A DNA stretch of 63,526 nucleotides, counting the filler. It is 8 parts of 8 records of this genome, joined end to end, with 100 filler letters (N's around TTAATTAATTAA, not from the genome) between each part and the next. Parts side by side here need not be neighbours in the genome. Positions count along the whole stretch, not along the records: positions 30,921 to 45,092 come from SRR7504441_412; positions 45,193 to 49,565 come from SRR7504441_413; 6 more parts are not named here. One strand, given 5' to 3'. This document shows, in pieces, positions 36,632 through 45,530 of the stretch (position 1 is the first letter of the stretch; each line of letters starts with the position of its first letter). Both the position numbers and the translations under genes were made by a program. Under the pieces are notes generated by a model, which did not search any database, was not told the origin of the DNA, and saw only the letters and a program-made list of their open reading frames with translations.

Positions 36632-37708
36632 CTAGACTAGCAGGTCCATCATCCGCTGCGCCGTCTCGCAGGCCGAGTTCTGGTTCTGGCCAGTCACCAG
36701 CTTGCCATCGACTGCCACATAGGACTGGTCTACGTCCGTCAACAGTCCGTGTGACGCCTCGAAATTAGCCCCCCGGGCGCGCAGCTCGGTCTCCGGGTGC
36801 ATCGGCGTAATTGACGCTATCCCGAGCTGCTCGATCTGCCGGTTTGTGACGGCGGACATGTTCTTGGCTTGAACAAGCACAGAGCCGTCAGGCGCAGTCG
36901 CGTTGATGAATCCAAGAGCCCCGTGGCATACGGACCCCAGCACCTTGCCCGCTTTGTAAGCCGCGCTGATCCCCGACGCCAGCGGCTTGCTCATCCCAAG
37001 GTCCCAGGCGGCGCCCCACCCGCCGGCCATGTACACCAGATCGTACGTCGCAAGATCCAGAGCCCCAACAGCAGGCGAGTCGAGCGCCTTGGCAATTGCA
37101 GCAGGATCACTCCAAAACCTTGCATCCCAGTGTGTCATGTAGCGCGCGGTGCTGTCCACCGGGATTTCACCGCCCCGGATCGAGGCCAGCGTCACGGCGA
37201 TCCCGGCATCTTGGAATAAGTAGAACGGAATCGTAAACTCCGGACTTGCCACACCTGTCGGCTTGCACTCCGAGCAGTTGGCCGGCCCGAGCCGATCATG
37301 CGAGGTGGTGATCACCACCGCCCGCCTGCCGGTCAGGCCCGTGTACCGCTTGCCCCGGGCCTCGCACCGCTCGAGCAGCTCCCCGGAGCCCCGAGCCGCG
37401 TGCCGCGTGAAGATGAGCGTCTGTTGAAAGATCGGGTCGTGTCCGTGCGGGACGCTGTAGCCGTGCGCCAGGCATGTCCCAGGGAGCAGGAGGCTGGCCC
37501 GCTTGCCCGGGCAGCTGAGCGGGTCCTGTGCGGCCACCTGCTCCAGTGCGGCTGGCGAGCCTTGGTAGCACACTTTGAGGGCGGCGGTGCAGTTTGCCGC
37601 GGGCACTAACGCATGGGTCTGGGCCGCCGGGGCCAGCGGGGCCCCTGCAGCGGCATGCAGGCTCACGAGCGTCGCCAGGGCAGCAGTCATCCTCGAGAGA
37701 GCCGGCAT
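36632..37708 (-). CDS. DJ-1/PfpI (Hsp31/glyoxalase III-like) protein with signal peptide and small Cys-containing N-domain
   Basis: ITTSHDRLG..PTGV..PEFTIPFY..ASIRGG..VYMAGGWGAAWDL..SVCHG..LVTGQNQNS; apparently intronless. Confidence 0.88.
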   Translation of the reverse strand: MPALSRMTAALATLVSLHAAAGAPLAPAAQTHALVPAANCTAALKVCYQGSPAALEQVAAQDPLSCPGKRASLLLPGTCLAHGYSVPHGHDPIFQQTLIFTRHAARGSGELLERCEARGKRYTGLTGRRAVVITTSHDRLGPANCSECKPTGVASPEFTIPFYLFQDAGIAVTLASIRGGEIPVDSTARYMTHWDARFWSDPAAIAKALDSPAVGALDLATYDLVYMAGGWGAAWDLGMSKPLASGISAAYKAGKVLGSVCHGALGFINATAPDGSVLVQAKNMSAVTNRQIEQLGIASITPMHPETELRARGANFEASHGLLTDVDQSYVAVDGKLVTGQNQNSACETAQRMMDLLV

Positions 37709-37810
37709 GTTTGTCGAACGCGAGTGGGTCGCACCCAGCTCCGGTATTCACCGATATTGCCGACGTGCCGTTAAATGCCGTTATCGGGCGTTCCCACGGT
37801 TGTGTGAGAC

Positions 37811-39039
37811 ATGATGTGGCACGCGGGTCACGAGCCGAGTGGGCACCCGCCGTTCGGGTACGAGCCATACCCGCCGCCCGGCCCGTACGGGCCGCCGCCG
37901 GGCTACCAGTTCGAGCCGCCCCCCCCGCACTACCTACCGGAGGGCCCGCTGCCGGAGCCGGTGATCGGGCCTCTGCACCCGGAGCCCTGTGTGACCGATC
38001 TAGTCGAGCCCCGGCTGGAGGCGATTCCGTTGGGCGACCCGAACTCGCTGGCCACGCTGGCCCAGGAGCTGCACGAGTTGGAGGCCTCCCGTCCCACCCA
38101 CTGGCCCGCCCATGCAGATCATGGCGACTTCCAGTCGTGGCACGCCAGAGTGGCCGGCGGGCAGGACCCGGTACCGGTCCCGCCCACCGAGCGCGCCGCC
38201 CGCGAGTCGGCCGCCGAGGCGCTCCGGCAGATGAGCGAGGCCGCCCAGATTTACCCCCCGCTCGGGTCGCCGCCACCACCCGCCGAGCTTTCTCCTATCA
38301 CAGTTTCGCCGGGCGAGTTCTCTCCGGCCGGGGAGAAGTTCCCATTCGCGGCAGAGATGCAATGGGCCGGCCAGGAGAGCCCGGACCGGACTGGCGAGCT
38401 GCTCGATGGCGAGCCTGAGCCAGCAATCGAAGGCAGGCTGAGCGAGCTCCGGAGGCAGAGGGAAAAGCTCCAGGCGGAGGAGGCCGCGTGAGCGAATATT
38501 TAGAATACAATTAGGCTGAGCGGCCGGACAGGCTCGAGGCGGAGTGGGCCGAGCAGCGGCTGGGCGAGCGGGATTTTGACCGGTGCGCGCTTGTGATCCT
38601 GTGGGCTGATTGGGAGACTCTGCAGCAAAGCCTCAAAGAGCCCCGAGCGACTCGGCCAGCACCCGTCGATTCGAGTGGTGTCGCCCGACGCTAATGCCTC
38701 GTCCGAGATTGAGGCCATCCTGTCGCCGGAGCCCAAGCCGGGGACCGACGTCGGGCTGCAAAAGGCTGTGGTGCAGCTGCAGCACAGGCTGTGGCAAAGA
38801 TTCAGCACCATGCGTGAAGCCTTCTTGCACATGGATGCCGACCGGTCGGGCGCGTTGGACAAAGAGGAGTTCGGAGCGATTCTGCGGGCGTATCACCTGT
38901 CGGAGGACGACGCGGGTAAGATCCTAGAGGCATGCGGAGGAGACTCGGTGAGCCCTCTTGCACGGTGCCAGTTGAGCGGAGCGAGTGGCAGGTGAGTGCG
39001 GCCGATTTTTATAAGCTGTTTGACTTCTCGAAATCGTGA
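37811..39039 (+). CDS. Pro-rich protein with C-terminal EF-hand pair
   Basis: MREAFLHMDADRSGALDKEEFGAIL; exons joined by short introns; 3' end uncertain. Confidence 0.65.
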
Positions 39040-39235
39040 GCTGGTGCTCGTTGGATCTGTGGCAGCAATCGGCCGCTTACTATCATACATATAAAGGGTC
39101 TCCAGCCAAGAAAGAAGGTACGAGCATGGGTACAGTACGAGTACGAGAGTAAAGCTAACTGCTTACTTTTTCAGTAAAGCTAACTGGCGAGCTTGGTCCG
39201 ATGACATGATTGTTTATCAGTGATTAAATACTTCA

Positions 39236-40582
39236 TCATGTTTCTTCTAAGCTTTCGGAGTCTAGCGTTAGCATCGTGTGTGGTGTTGAGAGAGCATGCA
39301 GGCGAGAGAGCTGCACATCGCCAAGCACGCATACGAGTTCAGGAGCGGCGCGACTCATTTCTTGCGAGTCACTTCTCTCATGAACTTGTACAAGTGCTTG
39401 AGCTGCAGATCGTCCCCCTTCAACAGCTCTTGCAGCGAAACAAACCCTGCCACTCCGAGAGTATGATAAGGGCCTCCCGCTTGGAATAGCGGAGGCAGCA
39501 ACTTCATGCACCCCTCTGTATCCTCCTGCCGCGCCGCTCAGCCGTCCCCGGCCGGCCCGGCACCGGCTGTTCGGCGTGATGCTTGAGTCCGGGCTCGGCT
39601 CCGTCTGTGAGCTGCTTCAGTTTTGCAGGGAAGACCACAGAGCACGCTGCCACCAGTCAGCGCCAGCTGGACCGGGTCGGACCAGCCCCATGCCATGAAG
39701 AGCACACCATCGAGGCCGTCCAAAGTTTGAACACGCCCAGCTGGCCTAGGAACAGCTGCAGATCCTCTTGTTTCCACAGACCGACCTGTCACGCCCGGTC
39801 GGTGCCATCCCGCCCGCTGATTGCAACCAGGCCAGACCCCGGCTTGCCCCCGCCGCTCGCCCGTGCAGACCCCGGCTTGCTCCCAGGCTTGCCAGCCGGC
39901 GAACTGATCTTGGAGGGCGGGACACGGCCAGCAGGGCTTCCTAGGTTGAGTGAAGGGACTCCACTGGTTTTATTCGCAGTGGGCTGGCTTGTCTTTGGAG
40001 AGCCCGTCTGGCCATACCGCTCACCACACCGCCCCGGGCCGCCGGTGCGCACCACCGCCTTGGCCGCGCCACCCTTACGCTGCAGCGCCTCCTGCAGTGC
40101 AGCCACCTGCCGGGGGGCTTCGAGGGCTGGCGGCGTGCGGCACACCTCGTCATCTTTCTGCTCGAGCTGCTCCTCCAGCGCCTGGAAGCGCGCCTCCACC
40201 GTGCGCTTGAACGACTCGAAGTCCTCCACGCTCACAAACCCTGCGATGTTCCGCTTCCCGTCCTGCCGCCGGCAGGCTGGCCCCGGCGCGGCCGGCTGGC
40301 AGGCACTGCGTCCACGGAGTGTCGTTTAGGGCCAGACCGGCGGGAGGTGATCAGTCCCTCCACCATCGCCTTCCTGTACTCCCGGTCTTTACCGTCGATC
40401 GAGTTCTTCCGAGGCCCCTGCCGGTCGGCTCGGGCGGCCGGCCGCGAGCCGGCCAGGGCCTTGCGGTTGGCGCTCTTGGAGAAGTCTTTGCTCATGGCCG
40501 ACCGGAGGTTGTCGATCCGCGGGGTGATCACGTCCATGCTCGCCGGGGGGCTCCCCGGCCCGTCCGCCGTCGCGTTCTCCAT
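39236..40582 (-). CDS. Hypothetical low-complexity/coiled-coil protein
   Basis: MENATADG.. and FESFKRTVEARFQALEEQLEQKDDE exons; 3' exons unresolved. Confidence 0.45.
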
Positions 40583-40954
40583 GAGCCACCGCCGCGCTGG
40601 CCGCTTGCTGCGGGAGAAATATTGAGTCAACGGCTTGGAGCAAAAGATTTTCGGAGCAGGTGGCTGACTCGTGCACACTACCTTAATTCCGTGGTACCGG
40701 TTGTCCGTAACTATTAGGACCGCTCTGCCCCTTGAATCGTTCTCTTCTTTGTTCTCGATAGAACAATCCTAAATAAACTAGACCTCTGAACAGATTGACT
40801 CAATTTTCGTGTACGGTATTCGTTTATATCAGTCGAACTGCAAGTTCTCACAATTCAACTGTTGGTTTGAGTTGGACCGGAGCGATACGGCGAGCGGCGA
40901 CCACGGTGCACCCGGCGCCCGAAGAGGAATGCAAGCCCCCCGGGCCCGGGCCCA

Positions 40955-41012
40955 CCAGTGCTCCGCCGCGCTGCGTCTTCCCGACTTTCCCAGCGCGGCA
41001 TCATCTACGGCC
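40955..41012 (-). promoter_or_regulatory. Eukaryotic SECIS element (type II)
   Basis: Minus strand reads ccgtag-AUGA-U-gccgcgcug-gg-AAA-guc-gggaa-gac-g-cagcgcggc-GGAG-cacugg: AUGA/GA quartet, perfect 9-bp helix II, unpaired AAA, apical mini-stem; ~40 nt after the stop of the UGA-containing gene. Confidence 0.88.
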
Positions 41013-41045
41013 GCCGCCCGCTCCCAGCCCCGATCCCACCGCCGT

Positions 41046-41810
41046 CTAGAGCTCGGCCTTGCCGCCGGCCCCGCCCAGCTTCTTGAGGATAGCCAGCCGT
41101 TGGACCATCCACTTCCTCGCTTCGGCCTTCATCGAGCCACCGCTGACTAGCCCGTCAAGCCGGACGATCTGACTCGCCCTATCCTGCCCGGTCTTAGCGG
41201 ACCACTGCTCAGAGTACTTGAGCTCCTTGTCGGTGCACCCCGAATCGGCCTGCCCGAGCTTGCTCGCGCATAGCGTCTGCCCCCCCCCGGCGTCGGCCGG
41301 CCGCCGGGCGTGGCCCGGACCGTTTTGCCGGCCTCCTCAACGTAGGCTTGCATGTACATGTCGTTGCCCAGCTCGGTGCACATGGCGTCGTTGGTCTTCT
41401 TGACGTAGCTCGCCCCCTCGGGGCCGGTCTGCTTGTTGAAGTAACGGATGGTTGGCCACCCGCCGGCCCCAGGGTTGTGGTTGCCCCGGATCTGCTCCTC
41501 GGACAAGTTCACGTCCGCAAAAGCAACATCGTCATTTCCGGCGAACATTTCAGTGATTGCATTCCAGGCCGGAGCCTGCTTCCGTCATCAGCCTCAGCCT
41601 GCCCGCCCTCACGGCCAGCCCGAGCGCTCGGCGGGCACCGGCCGACGCGATCCAACGGACGAAGAGGGTGCGCCCGGCGTCGATGTGGGTCTGGACTGTA
41701 CCGTCGAACGTGTCCTTGGTCATCTTGGTCGCCCGGTCCCAGTGCCCATCCGGGTAAATCGCCCCGGCCAGCCCGACCAGCAGAGCTGCCGTGAGCAGCC
41801 TGCCTGCCAT
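41046..41810 (-). CDS. PDI/thioredoxin-fold ER selenoprotein with GUGUU active site (3 Sec), 226 aa
   Basis: Exons 41810-41639, 41598-41321, 41276-41046 (681 nt). Spliced: signal peptide..LFVRWIASAG-TGA-GGC-TGA-TGA-RKQAPAWNAI..FADVNL..GGWPTIRYFN..WMVQRLAILKKL..KAEL*; SECIS downstream. Confidence 0.9.
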
Positions 41811-41874
41811 GATTTCCTGGCTGAAAGTCCGTTACGAGCGAACGCTGCAAGGCGAGCTGTTACGAGTCGACACT

Positions 41875-43085
41875 ATGGTCGCAGCACGCGCGGCGCCAGA
41901 GCGCTGACGGGTGGGGGCAGGCTCTCACCAACAAGCTGAGCGCCCTGGCGAGCCAGCTGGCCTCGGTGCAGGAGGAGGTACCCCCCCCGCCCGGCCCGGG
42001 CCCGACGGAGGACAGAACGATACGATCCGCGGACGGTACCTGGAGCTGGAAGACGCCTGGCAGGGCATGATCGAGGAGAACAAGGCGGTGCACGAGAAGA
42101 ACCTAGCCCTCCGCGACCAGCTTGAGGTGCGCCCCCCGCCCCGCCCCGGGCCTGACCCGGCGCCAGGCCGCCCAGGGCACCATCAAGGGCCTCGAGGCAG
42201 ACAAGGCCGGGCTGGAGGGCGATGTGGCCGGTGCGCCGGCCGGGCCCGGGGCCGGGGGCAAACCGGGGGCGGCAGGACTGAAGGGTGACGTGGCTAAGCT
42301 GGAGGGCGAGCTGGCCGCGGCTACTGAGAGCCTCAGGAGCGAACAGCTCAATTCTGGCCGAACCAACGTGCCCCGGCCGGCCGGGCGCGGGCGAGCGGGC
42401 GGGGCAGGTGCTGGCCGATACGCTCCGGCGGGAGTCGATGAACCTGGACGTGGAGGGTCGCAAGCTGCGGACGGCTTTTGATGAGAAGGTGCGAGCCGTT
42501 TCGCTCCGATGGTGAGATGGGTCGGCGCAGGTCCACGGTCTTTCCAAGGCTGAGGAGGATAGGGACCACTTTAAGGCGCGGGGCGGCGGCCGGGCCGGGC
42601 GAGCGGGGGACAGGCCGAACTGCACCAGCTTGCTGAGCAATATGCCAAGCTTGTCGACGACCTTTCGTTCTGTGTTATGGACTACCAGGTGGGCGAGTGG
42701 CTCATGGCGGGGCGAGCCTCGGGCGCAGGTCAAGACCTCATCCACCCAGGTGCTGAACAGCGAGGGCAAGTACGAGCTGCTGTCGACCTACCTGAACAGG
42801 ATCTACGATGGTCAGGAGACCACCAACGATAAGTACAAGAAGCTCGCCGAACTGAACAGGGGGCGCAAACCTTACATCGACCAATCGGCACCCGAGCGGC
42901 TGGTCCCGGCGGTCATGTCGCCCAACGCCGTGACCAACCCCGTGACCGACCTGCCGACAACTACCAACGCAATCTCATGGGCGGATGCGACTAGGGACAA
43001 GGTGGTTGCGCAACCGCTTTCACCAAACGGCCGGCTGCTGCAAGTGACAGCCGAGGGGCAACGCCCGTCGTGGAACCGATATTAG
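41875..43085 (+). CDS. Coiled-coil protein with ~8 mini-introns, the first immediately after the ATG
   Basis: ATG|intron 41878-41920|ALTNKLSALASQLASVQEE|NDTIRGRYLELEDAWQ..; removing the ~40-nt GY-AG segments gives one frame to TAG 43085. Confidence 0.65.
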
Positions 43086-43567
43086 ATTTAGAATGGGGCC
43101 AGCCTGTCTGACAATGCGCTAAGTGGATTTGCCTTTGAGGTGTCGAGCCAACGATTAAATTTTATTAGAACAGTACTGTACTGCACCATGATCGTACAGT
43201 ACGAGTATTGTCAAAGATCGTGAGCATAGTGGCTATCGTGAGCATAGTCAGCATACGTACTGTACATGTACTCGTAGTAGAATTTCTACATGTAATCGAA
43301 CGGTTCAAAATGCTCGAGGCCTCGAGATTTTTTATTGATGTGACAGATGTGTAATAGTTACAACATCAATCCTAAGAGCACCTCCAGCCTACAAGTCACG
43401 GAATCTGGTCGTGAACCGCTTAGTCACCGCCCATGAATTCGCGACCCGATTCCGGCTTTCTAGTGATCATTGAACCATCTGATCAACGTGATCAAGAGCA
43501 ATTCAAAAGGTTGATACGTACGTAGCTTTGTCCTGTTTGAGTGTGGGCAGCCTCAGTAGCAGCCAGG

Positions 43568-44950
43568 CTACAAGGCGGCGTGGGTGAATTCGCTGGGCTC
43601 AATCTCCAGCCCCCTTGCCCCGCCCAGCCGCCTATACTCGGACGATGAAGGGTTGATAGACAAGCTGTTCCCTGCTGCTGGCTCGTCCAAACTGACCAAG
43701 CTGGGCGGCTGCAGCCACCGCCTGTTCATGTAAAAGTACCCGACCACGGCCGCGATCGCCAGCACCGTCATGAGCGATGCCACGATCGCCAGCACAGCAA
43801 CGAGCATCCCATCGCTGTCATTGGCACTATCGCTGGGCTTTGCAGACGGGTTTGCTGGCGAGGAGCGCGTAGTGGGACCGCCGGTGGGTACAGGCGGGCT
43901 GATGGGGGCGGCGGTCGGGGCCGGCTGGGGGGACGGTGGTGGGGGCTGGCCGTCACGGATGACAAATGAATCCACGAGCTTTCCACTGTTCTCAGTAGAA
44001 TAAAAGCACATGTGCAGGCCTTGCGGGCCGACCGCGGCTATCATGGCCCCGTGCGCCTTGTTGTACCGCAGTTTGCTGCCCTGCTCGGGTGTGCACTGGT
44101 ACGGCGGCTGCATGGATGCTGTAGAATACAGCCAGTGGTGTCCTCCCAGCCCATTCACTACGTATGTCAAGTCAGCTACCTCCAGCCGCTCGTACGTGTG
44201 CTGGTGCCCGGAAAGCACCATGCTGGCTCCCCACTCCTTGAACGGCCAGCGCATCCAGCTCGCCGGCTCATCGTGCTGCGCGGTGGTGTAAGGCGGGTGA
44301 TGGAAATACACCAGCCTAAACCTTGCGCGTGACTGGCCAAGCCGCTGCTGCAGCCAAAGCCTCATCTGACTCCATTCCGGGTCGGAGCTCCGCCAGTTGC
44401 TGTTGAGCGCGAACAGCTCGACTTGGTCGACTGTCTTGTTGTAGTACAACCCGTGGTTCTCCAGCCCGGTCAGGTGGCTAAAGTATTGGAAATACGGCAG
44501 CCCGGTGCCCGAGCTGTGGTATTTATCCCAGTCGTGGTTGCCGAGCGACGGCCAGAACCTGGCTTCGCTCGCGTCACGCCGGGTGGGCGGGTTGTTGCAA
44601 TCGCCCGGGGTGAAGAACCGGCCGTAGTATTGTCCAATGTTGGCGTGCATGGAGCCGCACCCGCCATCCCAGTAGTTGTTATCGCCCACCGTGGCGATGA
44701 ATCGCATGGGGCCGTGCGTGGCCTCAAACTGCTGCACAAGCCCCGCTACGTTCCGCTCGCAGGGCCCCTCCATCCCGTAGTCACCTATCACCGCGAATGG
44801 CTTGGCGCCAGGATCCAACCCGGGGCACGGCTCGAGCTCGCCGATGGTCAGCTCGGTGCACTGCTGCTGGCTGCTATACGCCGTGCACCGCGCCGCCGAC
44901 CGAGCAGCCAGCCCGAGCAGCCCAAGCAGTGCCAGCCTGAGTGCCGCCAT
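43568..44950 (-). CDS. Type I membrane calcineurin-like metallophosphoesterase (acid phosphatase-like)
   Basis: Signal peptide; GDYG, GDNNY, GNHD, HHPPY, GHQH motifs; Pro/Ser stalk; C-terminal TM; intronless 460 aa. Confidence 0.9.
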   Translation of the reverse strand: MAALRLALLGLLGLAARSAARCTAYSSQQQCTELTIGELEPCPGLDPGAKPFAVIGDYGMEGPCERNVAGLVQQFEATHGPMRFIATVGDNNYWDGGCGSMHANIGQYYGRFFTPGDCNNPPTRRDASEARFWPSLGNHDWDKYHSSGTGLPYFQYFSHLTGLENHGLYYNKTVDQVELFALNSNWRSSDPEWSQMRLWLQQRLGQSRARFRLVYFHHPPYTTAQHDEPASWMRWPFKEWGASMVLSGHQHTYERLEVADLTYVVNGLGGHHWLYSTASMQPPYQCTPEQGSKLRYNKAHGAMIAAVGPQGLHMCFYSTENSGKLVDSFVIRDGQPPPPSPQPAPTAAPISPPVPTGGPTTRSSPANPSAKPSDSANDSDGMLVAVLAIVASLMTVLAIAAVVGYFYMNRRWLQPPSLVSLDEPAAGNSLSINPSSSEYRRLGGARGLEIEPSEFTHAAL

Positions 44951-45530
44951 TGTCTGGCTCTTCAGAGGGCAGCGACGCCGAGTCTTTCAAGAGGAGGATT
45001 ATGAGGGCCGGGCAAGGCCAGCGCGCCACGGACCGCTACGGTCAGCCCGGCCGATGCAAACCGTACAGAAGGATCCTTGGAAACGCACGGGCNNNNNNNN
45101 NNNNNNNNNNNNNNNNNNNNNNNNNNNNNNNNNNNNTTAATTAATTAANNNNNNNNNNNNNNNNNNNNNNNNNNNNNNNNNNNNNNNNNNNNTGTAATCT
45201 AAATGCGCATGAAACGCTTCCTTATACGTACGAGTACTCACGACGGTAGTGTGAGCGCGCCGCTGTTCGGCGCGAGTCCGCGCGGGCTGGAGACAGGGCA
45301 TACTCTAGCTCCTAAAGCCTTATACTAGAAGCCACCTCTCGTTCCAGTTTGAGTATTGGGACGGAGATAGTAATACATGTAAGCTTAACATTAGATCTAT
45401 TGTATACCACAAAGGTGGGCCGACACTGCAACTCGTACATGTACCTGTAGTTAGCCGAGTCCGTTGTGTGAGCCGGGGTCCGCTGGCCTGGACGTTGTCG
45501 CAGAGCCGGTGCGCGGCGAGAGCTGGAACG

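Noticed and set aside
45240-45310. GC-rich double hairpin in a spacer (similar island at ~50200-50270) as tRNA or ncRNA
   Set aside because: No cloverleaf, T-loop, Sm site or snoRNA boxes recognised; insufficient support
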